A stretch of 64,000 bases of DNA from Victivallales bacterium (GCA_045612485.1 JAZKZE010000109.1:1483-65482); one strand, 5' to 3'; shown: positions 26,461-36,709, counted from the stretch's first letter. Translations and numbers: made by a program. Notes: generated by a model not told the origin, from the sequence alone.

Positions 26461-26886
26461 TTATTCCGGAAAATCCCCCTCACCATCTTCACACCCTTCA
26501 AAATCAGGAAACTTTACAGAAGAAAGTTTATTCTTTTCTTCCCCTGTCCGTTCTTCCTTCACAGAAAGGAATTTCTGCAATCCTGCCAACGCCCGCAATT
26601 TATCAGCATCTTTTTCCGCATTCTGGACAATGGAAATAAAGGCATCCCGGATCCATACTTCATCGGCAACTGAAAGGGCGGCTTTTTTCTTTCTCAATAC
26701 CCGGATCCTCTCCACGATCTCCGGATCGGAAAGAAGTTCAACCGCTTTCCCTGCGGAAGGTGTCCACTCGGCTTTCTCCGCCGCACCGACAGGATCCCCC
26801 CAGAAAGCTCCTGCGTATGCTTTACAGAATGCCTCTTTGGTCCTGCTTTTCAATTCTTTATCTTTTTTTACACTTTTTCTACTCAT
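26461..26886 (-). CDS. Terminase small subunit (Terminase_2/TerS)-like HTH protein, orphan
   Basis: ORF 26461..27225 trimmed to ATG 26886 because the upstream part overlaps the dnaG 3' end. TKEAFCKAYAG....AAEKAEWTPSAGKAVELLSDPEIVERI follows the TerS pattern (kqe.Fc.eY ... A...AGYs...A...LL..p.V...I). Confidence 0.5.
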   Translation of the reverse strand: MSRKSVKKDKELKSRTKEAFCKAYAGAFWGDPVGAAEKAEWTPSAGKAVELLSDPEIVERIRVLRKKKAALSVADEVWIRDAFISIVQNAEKDADKLRALAGLQKFLSVKEERTGEEKNKLSSVKFPDFEGCEDGEGDFPE

Positions 26887-26941
26887 AAAACAGCATTTTC
26901 TCCTTTCAAAAGAAGAAAATGCGTCAAAGAAAAAGTTACGG

Positions 26942-29323
26942 TCAGGTGAGGATATCCGGAAGCTCGATCTCCTCTTCTTCCTCCATATACGGCTCCTCTT
27001 CCTGATAATCTTCAGGAGGTATTTCCCTGTAATCCTCAAAAGATTCTTCTTCCTGTGATGAGGAACTCCTCTCTTCCCTGTTCTCCTCCGGTACAGCATC
27101 CGTCTGTGTCCGTAAAGGAGCTGCCATTTCCTGCCGGAACGGGGAAGAAGAATCCCCCTCCACCCTCTCCGTTTCCTGACTGGCTGGAGGATTATTTTCT
27201 GTATTTTTCTGTTCAGGAAGAGCAAAATCAGGATTGGACAACTTTATCAGTTCACGGGTGAGAATCACAGATTGCAGAAGAAGTTTATTGCGTTCCTCTC
27301 CGGCAGGATATGTGCCGATTTTTTTGCGGATAAGGGCGATCTCTTTCTGATAATAATGCTTTTTAATAATGAAGATACAGTCTTCCACGATCTTTTTGGC
27401 GATCTCCCGTTTCCGTTTGCGTTCATTCTGTATATCGATCGCCCCCCGCAACTGCTCGGCGGTAGGCAATCCCAGCTCCCGCAGTTTGGCTTCCGCCCGT
27501 TCCTGCCGGATCGCCTCCTGCCGGTTTACAGGAGTTGAAGGCTCCTCTCCGGAAAGTTGTTCGGGTTCTTTTTTCAACTCTATGTGCGGAACTTCCTCTG
27601 CACCGGCATCGGCAAGAAGTTCCTCCAGTTCCGGGCAGGAACAGGAAAAAGAAGATAATTTTTTCGTTATAAGTGCAGGAGCCTGTTCCCATTCCCCGTT
27701 CATTTCTGCCTGTACAAGGATCTCCACTGCAACCGCAAGCGGTCCGGAATCCAGCATCTCTGAAGGCAGAGCTTCCGCCGTCCGTCTTGTAGATTTCTTA
27801 CTCTTGAGCAATACAGAAAGAAGCTGGAAAAAAGCCTGCTTCAACAGGGGATCTTTCATGGAATCAGGAAGGGTTTCTTTTGCCTTTTCCGCAGAAGAAA
27901 CGGAAGAAATGGAAGGCTCCCCGGAAAAACTTCCATCATCATAATTTCTTTTCGAACCTGCGGAAGAAGTCCGGGGCTGTTTCAGAAGATTGAGGCGGCT
28001 CATCTCACTGCGGACAGTTCCTGCGGAAAGTCCAAGTTTACCGGCAAGCCACTGTATGTAACTATCCTTGGCTACTTCGCTGTCCATAAGGCGGATGTAT
28101 TTAAGGATCTTTTCCGCAGTTTCCGCTTTTTCCGCCGGGGCGGAAGGCGTATTCCCCCCGGTAAAAAAGTCAAAAAGAAATTCAAAAAAGTCCTTTGCCT
28201 CTTCCACCGCCTGCACAAGAGCTTCAGCTCCGGAATTTTTCAAAAGTTCATCCGGATCTTTTCCGCCGGGAAATACGGCAACTTTCAAATTTGCCCCCAT
28301 AGGCAGCAGGATCTCCGCATCCCGGATCGCAGCTTTGACCCCGGCACTGTCCGCATCGGTGGCAAGGGTGATATGCATAGATCCGTCAAAGAAACATCTT
28401 TTTATGATCTTTGCCTGATCCTCGCCGAATGCCGTCCCCTGAGGCGCAACAGCATTGGTAACTCCGGCAGTATGCATGGCGATCACATCCATCTGCCCTT
28501 CACAGATCACAGCATATTTCTTTTCCCCAATGCTTTTTCTTGCAAAATTCAGTCCATATAAGAGTTTACTCTTTTTGAAGATGGGGCTTTCCATACTGTT
28601 GACATATTTTCCTCCGCCCTGGGAGGGATCAATCTGTCTGGCACTGAATCCCACAACTCTTCCCTGTTCATCCCAGATGGGAAACATAAGACGGTTGCGG
28701 AAGAAGTCAAAATATTTACCGGGAGTCTTACTGCTTTCAGAAACAAGATGTGCCAGTTTCAATTCATCAAGAGAAAACCCCTCCCGTTCCGCCCATTTCA
28801 TCATTCCATCCCACTCATCAAGGGATGCCCCTACCATAAAACGGACAGCACTGTCCTCCCGCATCTGGCGGCTTTCAAAATAGTTACTGGCTTTGGCATT
28901 GCTTTTATTTTTCAGATTTGACGCATACCACAAAGCAAGTTTTTCATGCAGTAAATACAGTCTTTCCCTGACATTATAATCTCCGGAAGAAACTTTTTCC
29001 CCGTTCTTAAATACGATCCGTTCCGGTTCCGGGATCATTACATTGTATTCTCTTGCCAGTAATCTTGCGGCTTCCGGAAAGGAGAGATTTTCCATCTCCA
29101 TGATGAATTTAAAAACACTTCCCCCCTTGCCGCAACCGAAACAGTGGCAGGAATTGGAAACAGGATTGACTACAAACGAAGGTGTTTTTTCCTGATGAAA
29201 GGGACAACATGCCTTCCACCGGTTCCCGGTACGCTGAAGCTGTACATATTTCTGTACGACCTCAACAATATCCGCACGGGAGGAGATCTCATCAATGATC
29301 TCTTCAGGAATAAGTCCGCCCAT
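26942..29323 (-). CDS. dnaG: DNA primase with extended acidic C-terminal region
   Basis: Zinc finger CCPFHQEKTPSFVVNPVSNSCHCFGCGKGG and a Toprim region VICEGQMDVIA...TLATDADSAGVKA. Confidence 0.95.
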   Translation of the reverse strand: MGGLIPEEIIDEISSRADIVEVVQKYVQLQRTGNRWKACCPFHQEKTPSFVVNPVSNSCHCFGCGKGGSVFKFIMEMENLSFPEAARLLAREYNVMIPEPERIVFKNGEKVSSGDYNVRERLYLLHEKLALWYASNLKNKSNAKASNYFESRQMREDSAVRFMVGASLDEWDGMMKWAEREGFSLDELKLAHLVSESSKTPGKYFDFFRNRLMFPIWDEQGRVVGFSARQIDPSQGGGKYVNSMESPIFKKSKLLYGLNFARKSIGEKKYAVICEGQMDVIAMHTAGVTNAVAPQGTAFGEDQAKIIKRCFFDGSMHITLATDADSAGVKAAIRDAEILLPMGANLKVAVFPGGKDPDELLKNSGAEALVQAVEEAKDFFEFLFDFFTGGNTPSAPAEKAETAEKILKYIRLMDSEVAKDSYIQWLAGKLGLSAGTVRSEMSRLNLLKQPRTSSAGSKRNYDDGSFSGEPSISSVSSAEKAKETLPDSMKDPLLKQAFFQLLSVLLKSKKSTRRTAEALPSEMLDSGPLAVAVEILVQAEMNGEWEQAPALITKKLSSFSCSCPELEELLADAGAEEVPHIELKKEPEQLSGEEPSTPVNRQEAIRQERAEAKLRELGLPTAEQLRGAIDIQNERKRKREIAKKIVEDCIFIIKKHYYQKEIALIRKKIGTYPAGEERNKLLLQSVILTRELIKLSNPDFALPEQKNTENNPPASQETERVEGDSSSPFRQEMAAPLRTQTDAVPEENREERSSSSQEEESFEDYREIPPEDYQEEEPYMEEEEEIELPDILT

Positions 29324-29355
29324 AATCCAGAACCAGATACAGTTTTACAAAATAC

Positions 29356-30120
29356 TCAAAGGGAACCGACATGCAGAAGTACCTGCTTCCGCAAAGGATC
29401 ATATTCGGCTTTGTCTTTTGTTTCAGAAATAAATTTTCTGTAAAGGGCAGCAGATTGTTTTTTATTCTGTCTTCCCTCATAGAAAATGGCTCTGTTCAGC
29501 GTGGTAAGGGGATGTCCCTGCGCTTTAGTTCTTCTCACCGCCTCCTGAAAATATCTTTCCGCAAGAGCCGGATTGGAACGGGCAAACAATATGCCGAGCG
29601 CATTGACAGGCAGAGCACTGTTTTTATATTTGGGATGCAGTGCCATTTTTTTGTAAAGAGATACAGCAAGCCGGTCATTTTTAAGAGTATAATGGGTCTG
29701 GGCAAGCAGAATAAGAGCATTCAAATCATCCGGCTTGAGATTCTGTGCCATGGTAAGGGGGCGTACGGCATCTTTATATCTTCCGGCTTTATATGCAAAA
29801 AAGCCCTGGAGATACTGTGCATGGAAATTGGAGGGGGCAAGTTTCACAGCTGCGGAAATCGTATCCATAGCCTCCTGAAGACGGTCGGTATTGTGCATGG
29901 CAAGAGCCTGGAGGATCAATGCATGGATATTATTTTTATCTTTTGCAAGTACAGCAGCAGAATTTTCCGCTGACTTTTCCCAGTTGCCCTTTGCCGCTTC
30001 CGAAACAGAATTTGCCAGAAGCACATCAGCAGGAATATCTTTTTCCCCGCAGGAAACAAGAAAAAATATCACAATGACCGGCACCATCCAACAAAAAATA
30101 TTTCTGCACTTCTTTTCCAT
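29356..30120 (-). CDS. TPR-repeat lipoprotein
   Basis: Lipobox FFLVSCG, followed by repeated 34-aa TPR-like units. Confidence 0.7.
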   Translation of the reverse strand: MEKKCRNIFCWMVPVIVIFFLVSCGEKDIPADVLLANSVSEAAKGNWEKSAENSAAVLAKDKNNIHALILQALAMHNTDRLQEAMDTISAAVKLAPSNFHAQYLQGFFAYKAGRYKDAVRPLTMAQNLKPDDLNALILLAQTHYTLKNDRLAVSLYKKMALHPKYKNSALPVNALGILFARSNPALAERYFQEAVRRTKAQGHPLTTLNRAIFYEGRQNKKQSAALYRKFISETKDKAEYDPLRKQVLLHVGSL

Positions 30121-30352
30121 AAAAACCTCTTCTTATAATATTGATACACCCTTCTCACTTTATAATACTTCCATTTTCTTTTTTTTCAAGTAACAGGCTG
30201 AAGAAAGGAGAAAAAAATTAAAAAAGATTGCAGATATCCCATAAAAACTTTTTTACAGCAAGTTAAAAGTTTATTGTTTCATAATGATCCTGTCACAGGT
30301 AATCAAAAAATAATTTGGATTTTAAAGCCTTGCAAAGCCCCAACGGGGCAAC

Positions 30353-30560
30353 AGCGAACAGCCCGGACTTACGCGGACAGGAATATCCGTTTAACCTGGG
30401 GACAGAAGGCAGATAAGTTGCAGAGCACTGGAAATGTGACAGAAAAAAAAGACACTGCCTGATATGTTCTGCCACTCTTACAGAGCTTGATTATGTTCTG
30501 ATGGATTTTTACCCGGGGCAGCGCGGAACTTCCTGTCCGCTTGCCGCCGGGCTGTTTGTT
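30353..30560 (+). repeat. Long-range imperfect inverted repeat enclosing ~150 nt (candidate structured sRNA or MITE-like element)
   Basis: acagcgaaCAGCCCGG-acttac-GCGGACAGGAA (30353-30383) pairs with TTCCTGTCCGC-ttgccg-CCGGGCTGtttgt (30530-30560). The outer extension uses G-T pairs that work only in a plus-strand RNA. Confidence 0.4.
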
Positions 30561-30656
30561 TACGGTTCTTGCAGAGCCTCTGCCCTTTCAGGGCTGTTCA
30601 GTGATTTTTCCAGTCGTTCTGGAAAGATGTCTCAAGCTGCTCCCGGCGGCAGAAAA

Positions 30657-31421
30657 TTATTTGTGAACCCGATAGGGATAACTATTGTAATTGCTTCCGC
30701 CGATACCGCTCCAGCACAATACGCCGGGATTGGCGACCTGCACATTCCCAACCCCATTTTTCACACTGTATTTGGCAAAAGCTGCCCGGTATTTGTAAGT
30801 AACAAGTTCCGCATGGCCATCAATGAAATACATGGCAGAGTGTCTGCTGTGAGGAAAGAAAGGCACATTGTTGAAAGCATCGGAATCGCAGAAATAAAAA
30901 ATACGGGAAGGCTGATAACTTACCGAGGTGGGCTTGAAGAATGACCAGTTATTGCCGCCACGGTCATACCTTTTGTTCACATAAGAGGAAACCGGCTTTG
31001 TTTTGTCATTCCCATCATCATACAGACCATCCGGCTCAATACAGGGGTTCACAAGGACATTGACAGGCTGCTGACCATTTACCGTATTCATAGACGGACA
31101 TTTGAAAACTGTTTTATAACCGATGATCCTCTTTTCCGGCACATATCCGATCCTGTGCAGAAAGGTGTAATAATACAGCAGATTCTGTGTAGGAGCTGTT
31201 CTGTAAACATAAGCATGATTGATCGTCCAGTCATTATAATCCATAGAGTAACTCATAAAATATGTCCCCACCTGCCGTTTATTGCCGATACAGGAGGCGG
31301 AATAGGCCATATCCCTCGCTTTTTTCAAAGCAGGAAGCAACATTCCGGCAAGAATGGCAATTATCGCAATAACAACTAAAAGTTCGATCAGTGTGAAACC
31401 GTGGCGTCGCATAATATACAT
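30657..31421 (-). CDS. Prepilin-type N-terminal cleavage/methylation domain protein (DUF1559-like, H-X9-DG C-terminus)
   Basis: MRRHG|[29 protein letters not shown] at the N-terminus, and [17 protein letters not shown] near the C-terminus. Confidence 0.85.
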   Translation of the reverse strand: MYIMRRHGFTLIELLVVIAIIAILAGMLLPALKKARDMAYSASCIGNKRQVGTYFMSYSMDYNDWTINHAYVYRTAPTQNLLYYYTFLHRIGYVPEKRIIGYKTVFKCPSMNTVNGQQPVNVLVNPCIEPDGLYDDGNDKTKPVSSYVNKRYDRGGNNWSFFKPTSVSYQPSRIFYFCDSDAFNNVPFFPHSRHSAMYFIDGHAELVTYKYRAAFAKYSVKNGVGNVQVANPGVLCWSGIGGSNYNSYPYRVHK

Positions 31422-31651
31422 TATGTACTCCTCCTTTGTTTTTATTGTTTTGTACAGGATTTTGCCCCAAACACATCACATAATATATATTATGCAATGC
31501 GGAAAAATCATTTCCCGAAAACATGGAATATATTGCTTATAAGTGTATTGTACACACCCATCGCTTTTTTTCAAGAGCTATAACGGGAAAAAAATCAGAT
31601 TTTTTCGCATAAAACACACAGGAAGAGAATTTTTGCCCTATATTTATCTGC

Positions 31652-31700
31652 AAAAAAAAGAAAAGACTGCCGCCAGCCTCTTCAGGCAAACAGCAGTCTT
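31652..31700 (-). terminator. Rho-independent terminator after the E2 gene
   Basis: Minus strand has an AAGACTGC...GCAGTCTT hairpin followed by TTCTTTTTTTTG. Confidence 0.65.
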
Positions 31701-31745
31701 TACTGTCATACTTTTCCATCACTCACCGGATGGAAAAAGTTTTGA

Positions 31746-33116
31746 TCAGATGAGGGAATCCCAGAGTTCTTTGTCCTGCAGTTTTGCTTTGACTGCATTG
31801 ACAAATTTAGCTCCGTCAGAGCCGTCCACGATTCTGTGGTCAACACTGAGGGTGACTTTCATCATATCACGCACCACGATGGAACCGTCTTCTGCCACAA
31901 CAGGTGTGGGAATTGCGGAAGAAACCGCAAGAATACCGGCTTCACCGGGGTTGATGATAGCACAGAAGTTTTCCACATTCATCATACCCATGTTGGAGAT
32001 GGAGAATGTTCCGCCGGACATTTCGGCAGGAGTGAGTTTGCCGGAACGGGCTTTTGCGGCCTGTTCAGCGATCTCATCGGAAAGTTCATCAAGAGCTTTT
32101 TTGTCAGCGTTGCGGACAACAGGCACCACAAGACCATTGTCAATACTTACGGCAATACCCAGATTGACTTTGGATTTGGTGACGATGGTGTCGCCGATAC
32201 ATTCAGCGTTCACTGTGGGAAATTCCTTGAGAGCAAGTGCCACAGCTTTGGCAATGAACACGTTCACACTGATATTGATGCCCTGTTTCTTGAGTTCAGC
32301 ACGTTTTGCCTTCACGGTGGACATATCAATGGAGCATGTCACATAGAAGTGGGGCATAACATGTTTGGACTCGGTAAGACGGCGGGCAATGACCTTACGC
32401 ATGGTGGTAAGGGGTTTGGGAAGCTCGGTAACAGCGTCTTTCACGTCTGCAAGAGTGATTCTTCCGCTTTCACCAGTACCGTTGATGGAAAGAAGTTCCA
32501 GTTTGTTTTCTTTTGCAACAGCAAGAGCAACAGGAGTGATCTTCTTGGCATTGTAGCCGGAAGATTCCAGATATTCTTTCACGTCATTTTCGGTAACACG
32601 ACCCACATCTCCGCCTGTGCCGGGGACTTTATTGATGTCAATAAGGAAGTCCTTGGCATATTTTTTCGCTCTGGGAGATACAGCTTTCTTTGCAGGAGCT
32701 GCAGCTTTGGGAGCAGCGGCAGGAGCGGGTGCGGCAGCGGGAACAGGTGCGGCAGCAGCAGGAACGGCAGCGGGAGCAGCCTTCTTTGCAGGTGCAGCTT
32801 TCTTTTCCGGAGCAGCAGCGGGGGCAGCGGCAGGAGCGGGTGCGGCGGCTTCTGCTACGAGAGCAGCAATATCTTCGCCGGGTTCACCGATGATCAGCCC
32901 CGGTGTAAGCACCGGGACTTCTTTACCTGCGGGTACCAGAATCTTGAGGATGGTACCTTCAAACTGGGATTCCACATCGAGAACGGCTTTATCCGTTTCG
33001 ACATCGAACATCACATCGCCCTTCTTCAGGACATCACCCTCTTTGACCTTCCACGACTGGATCGTGACGGTCTCTTCGGACTGTCCAAGACGGGGAATCG
33101 GAATTTTTGTTGCCAT
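31746..33116 (-). CDS. 2-oxoacid dehydrogenase E2 component (dihydrolipoamide acyltransferase)
   Basis: Lipoyl domain VETDKAVLDVES, an Ala/Pro-rich linker, and the catalytic LSVDHRIVDGSDGA. Confidence 0.9.
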   Translation of the reverse strand: MATKIPIPRLGQSEETVTIQSWKVKEGDVLKKGDVMFDVETDKAVLDVESQFEGTILKILVPAGKEVPVLTPGLIIGEPGEDIAALVAEAAAPAPAAAPAAAPEKKAAPAKKAAPAAVPAAAAPVPAAAPAPAAAPKAAAPAKKAVSPRAKKYAKDFLIDINKVPGTGGDVGRVTENDVKEYLESSGYNAKKITPVALAVAKENKLELLSINGTGESGRITLADVKDAVTELPKPLTTMRKVIARRLTESKHVMPHFYVTCSIDMSTVKAKRAELKKQGINISVNVFIAKAVALALKEFPTVNAECIGDTIVTKSKVNLGIAVSIDNGLVVPVVRNADKKALDELSDEIAEQAAKARSGKLTPAEMSGGTFSISNMGMMNVENFCAIINPGEAGILAVSSAIPTPVVAEDGSIVVRDMMKVTLSVDHRIVDGSDGAKFVNAVKAKLQDKELWDSLI

Positions 33117-33143
33117 TTGAATTTCTCCTTGGTTCCTGTTAGA

Positions 33144-35444
33144 TTAAAGGATCTTCTTGGCAGCTGCAACCATTTCTTCCACGGTGGGAAGGAAGGCTTT
33201 TTCAAGGCAGTGTGCCTGAGGAGCAATACCGTTCTTGGCACCAAGTTTCAGTACGGGGGCATCCAGATCATCGAAGCAGTTTTCCATGATCTTGGAAACG
33301 ATTTCACCGGTGAAGGATCCGATATCAACGCACTGGCTGACCACAACGCATTTTCCGGTCTTGCGGACGGAAGCATAGATGGCTTCGTAGTCGCAGGGAA
33401 CCAGAGTACGCAGGTCGATGAGTTCTGCGGAGATACCTTCTTCAGCAAGAGCAGCGACTGCTTTCTTGGCATCCAGAACAGCGGGACCCCATGCGATAAA
33501 GGTCATATCGCTGCCTTCGGAAATGGTGTTGGCAACACCGAAGGGGATGGTGTAGTCTTCTTCGGGAACAACATCTTTTTCGTTGTAGAGGAGCTGACCT
33601 TCCACAAAGACAACGGGATTGTCGTCACGGATAGCGGTCTTGAGAAGTCCTTTTGCATCATAAGCATTGGAGGGATAGACCACATAGGTTCCGGGGATGT
33701 GGGCAAACATGGATTCCAGACTCTGGGAGTGCTGTCCGCCGTATCCTTTACCGCCGCCGACGCTGCAGCGGACAACCATAGGAACGGTGGTGGAGGCACC
33801 GGTCATGTAGTGCCATTTTGCTGCCTGGTTGGAGATCTGGTCGGAAGCCATGAGAGCGAAGTCCATGTACATGAGTTCCACAACAGGACGGTAGCCGGTC
33901 ATAGCCATACCGACAGCAGTACCGATGATGGCAGCTTCGGAGATGGGGGAGTTGAATACGCGGGCACGGCCGAAGTATTCCAGCATACCTTTGGTAAGTT
34001 TGAATGCGTTACCATAGTCGGCAACGTCTTCACCGTAGCAGACAACGCGGGCATCGCGTTCCATTTCTTCCACGAGAGCTTCTTCGATAGCAGCTTTGTA
34101 GGTCATACGGCTTTCCGCATCACGTTTGAAGGTGGGGCGGGGGCCTTTTGCCATAAGCTGGTTGTAGGGAGCGGGAACGGTGGCACTGGTGCTGTCAGTA
34201 TACATATATTTGATCACGTCTTCGGGTACGGGATCGTCGGAGTCAGCAGCGCGGCGGGCAGCCTTGCGGTTGCGTTCGGCTACTTTTTCTTCCAGAGCTT
34301 TGAGTTCCTCTTCAGTAAAGACGCCTTCAGCGATGAGGTTCTTGCGGAAGCTGTCCACAGGATCCACTTCTTTCCAGAGAGCTTCTTCCTGTTTGGAACG
34401 GTATTCGGTTCTGGGGTCGGAGAGGGAGTGACCGTAGTAACGGTAGGTATCCAGTTCCAGAAGTACGGGGCCGTCGCCTTTGGCAATGATTTCCTTGGCG
34501 CGGGCGATAGCATCGCGGACAGCCAGGGGATCCATGCCGTTGACAACTTCTGCGTGCATGTTGTTGTCGGCAAAACCGGCAGCACGGCGGGCGAGAGAGC
34601 TGATGCCGTTGACTTCTCTGTCGGCACGTCCGGTCATACCGTAGTGGTTGTTCACGATACAGTAGATGATGGGAAGACCGAAGTTGATGGAGGAGAGTTC
34701 AGGATCTTTGAACTGACCCATTGCAGCCCAGTTCAGGGATTCGAGAACAACACCGTTGGAGTAGGCACCGTCACCGGCGAAGGTAACGACAACTTTGCCT
34801 TTTTCAGCGGGGTCGATGTTGATACGGTTGGTCATAGCGGCACCGGTAGCGATAGGTACGCCGCCGCCCACGATGGCGTTTGCACCAAGGTGTCCGACGC
34901 GGAAGTCAGCAATGTGCATTCCTCCGCCGCGGCCTTTGCCGTAACCGGCTTCTTTACCGAAGAGTTCGGCGATGGTGCGGAAGATGTGATCTTCCATGAC
35001 AGCTTCCTGGAGAGCTTCTCCGGAAAGACCGGCAAATTCAGGGCAGCGTTCTTTCAGCTGGGCTTCGTTCATACGGCGGATGGCATGGAAACCTTTGGCG
35101 ATGGAGTCACCGTGACCACGGTGGGTGGAGGTGATTTCATCTGTGATATTCAGAACAGAGCAGACACCGGCTGCGGTGGCTTCCTGACCGATGGACAAGT
35201 GTGTGGGACCGCGGTATTCATAGTCGCTGAGGATCTCATAAGCACCGTTTTTGAGTTTGAGGATCATTTCCTCAAATTCACGGATGACCAGCATGGATTC
35301 ATAGATCTCCTGCAGATCTTCCTTCTTCATACCGGCTTTCATTTCTTTTTTGATCCCTTTGTTGTACTGATACTGGGGGATCGCATTGAGTTTGATCTCT
35401 CCGGCCTTGAAATTCGGGCCGCGCTCGTTAATAAAGTTTCCCAT
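33144..35444 (-). CDS. 2-oxoacid dehydrogenase E1 component, fused alpha/beta subunits (TPP-dependent)
   Basis: The alpha part has HLSIGQEATAAGV..HRGHG and the TPP motif GDGAYSNG. The beta part starts MTYKAAIEEALVEEMERDARVVCYGEDV. Confidence 0.9.
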   Translation of the reverse strand: MGNFINERGPNFKAGEIKLNAIPQYQYNKGIKKEMKAGMKKEDLQEIYESMLVIREFEEMILKLKNGAYEILSDYEYRGPTHLSIGQEATAAGVCSVLNITDEITSTHRGHGDSIAKGFHAIRRMNEAQLKERCPEFAGLSGEALQEAVMEDHIFRTIAELFGKEAGYGKGRGGGMHIADFRVGHLGANAIVGGGVPIATGAAMTNRINIDPAEKGKVVVTFAGDGAYSNGVVLESLNWAAMGQFKDPELSSINFGLPIIYCIVNNHYGMTGRADREVNGISSLARRAAGFADNNMHAEVVNGMDPLAVRDAIARAKEIIAKGDGPVLLELDTYRYYGHSLSDPRTEYRSKQEEALWKEVDPVDSFRKNLIAEGVFTEEELKALEEKVAERNRKAARRAADSDDPVPEDVIKYMYTDSTSATVPAPYNQLMAKGPRPTFKRDAESRMTYKAAIEEALVEEMERDARVVCYGEDVADYGNAFKLTKGMLEYFGRARVFNSPISEAAIIGTAVGMAMTGYRPVVELMYMDFALMASDQISNQAAKWHYMTGASTTVPMVVRCSVGGGKGYGGQHSQSLESMFAHIPGTYVVYPSNAYDAKGLLKTAIRDDNPVVFVEGQLLYNEKDVVPEEDYTIPFGVANTISEGSDMTFIAWGPAVLDAKKAVAALAEEGISAELIDLRTLVPCDYEAIYASVRKTGKCVVVSQCVDIGSFTGEIVSKIMENCFDDLDAPVLKLGAKNGIAPQAHCLEKAFLPTVEEMVAAAKKIL

Positions 35445-35499
35445 TTTTTCTCCTTGGATTACTTGGGGTTGAGTTTGTTGGTTTATTACTTTATATTGG

Positions 35500-36273
35500 T
35501 TAGTAAATAACTTCCACTTTATGATTTTTCAATATTTTCACTGCATTGGGGGAAATGGCGGGATCGGTGATAAGCACATCAATATCCTCCAGGGAACCGC
35601 TTCCGGCAAATGAGGCGACTCCGACTTTGGAACTGTCTGCCAGCACAAAAACTTTTTCCGCACAATGCATCACAAGTTCTTTTGTATATGCTTCATTGGG
35701 GTCCGTGGTACTGATCCCGGTTTCAGGATCGAATCCAAGAGTCCCCAGAAAGGCTTTGGAAATATGAAGATTCTTCAGGATCCTGCTTGTAAGAGGTCCC
35801 ACCAGGGTACGGGAGAGTTTCCGGAATTCCCCGCCTGTAAGAATAAGGCGGCAATCCTTCTCCATAAGTTCAGCGGCTGCCATAAGAGAATTGGTCACAA
35901 TGGTCAGATTCCGCATATTGGGCAGTCTTTTGGCAAGTTCCAGAACAGTACTTCCACCGTCAAGAAAGATGGTATCTGTTTCCCGGATGAAAGAAAGAGC
36001 CTTTTTAGCGATCTCCTGTTTATTTACAGCATTGAGGGAGGCTTTTTCCTCGTAAACAGGCTCCCCGATACTTCCGGGAAGTGCCGCACCGCCGTGCAGA
36101 CGGCAGAGTTTTCCCCGGCTTTCCAGCTGTTCAAGATCTCTTCTCACGGTAGCTTCGGACACCCCCAGTTCCACACTGAGTTCCGCAACAGTTTTCACTC
36201 CGCCGGCAAGGCTGCGGCAGATATGACTTTCCCGTTCCGTGGAAAGAAGTTTCCTTTTTTTCACAGGTACCAT
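35500..36273 (-). CDS. DeoR/GlpR family transcriptional regulator
   Basis: HTH VAELSVELGVSEATVRRDLEQLESRGKLCRLHGGA and a DeoR C-terminal sensor domain. Start at ATG 36273 (MVPVKK). Confidence 0.85.
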   Translation of the reverse strand: MVPVKKRKLLSTERESHICRSLAGGVKTVAELSVELGVSEATVRRDLEQLESRGKLCRLHGGAALPGSIGEPVYEEKASLNAVNKQEIAKKALSFIRETDTIFLDGGSTVLELAKRLPNMRNLTIVTNSLMAAAELMEKDCRLILTGGEFRKLSRTLVGPLTSRILKNLHISKAFLGTLGFDPETGISTTDPNEAYTKELVMHCAEKVFVLADSSKVGVASFAGSGSLEDIDVLITDPAISPNAVKILKNHKVEVIY

Positions 36274-36512
36274 ATTTACACCTATTCCCCGATATAAATT
36301 TCCAATCCGTATTAATATGACACAATTTGATTGATTTTGCAAATTAATGAAAGAAAAAAGTTGTTTTTTTTATTCTTTTTTATCAAAAACAGTAAAAAAA
36401 CGCATTTTTTTTGATTCTTTCCCTGCAAAAACGGGAACAAAATATATTTTTCCGCTGTCACAGATACGGGTTATCATTTCTTGAAATCAAAAAAGGTAAA
36501 GGAGGAATCAGA

Positions 36513-36683
36513 ATGGGTAAAAAAAAACAGGTCATCAAAGTAGCCGCCAGACAGGAAGTGATCAGAAAAAGATACAAGGCCTTTCTTGACGATCTGGAAA
36601 CATACCTTCACAGAGTGAAAAAAAGGATGGAGAAAAAATTACAGGAGGCAAAAGAGGTGGAAGATATTTCTCTTGCCGGATAA
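36513..36683 (+). CDS. small basic hypothetical protein (56 aa)
   Basis: AAAGGAGGA lies 6 nt upstream of ATG 36513, and a strong terminator follows the gene. No family recognised. Confidence 0.45.
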   Translation: MGKKKQVIKVAARQEVIRKRYKAFLDDLETYLHRVKKRMEKKLQEAKEVEDISLAG

Positions 36684-36709
36684 TACAGCTGATCCGGCTC
36701 CATCTGCGG

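Noticed and set aside
26887-27225. N-terminal 113 codons of track ORF 26461..27225
   Set aside because: This part overlaps the dnaG 3' end in another frame and is Arg/Lys-rich nonsense. The TerS-like homology starts at the internal ATG at 26886.
30501-30944. 147-aa plus-strand ORF
   Set aside because: Its 3' two-thirds lie antisense to the pseudopilin-like gene, and its 5' part covers the inverted-repeat region. No RBS or homology.
31836-35510. 1224-aa ORF on the plus strand
   Set aside because: It lies entirely antisense to the well-supported E2 and E1 genes. The translation is low-complexity (G/F/H/V-rich) with no motifs. It is a typical stop-free shadow frame of strongly codon-biased genes.
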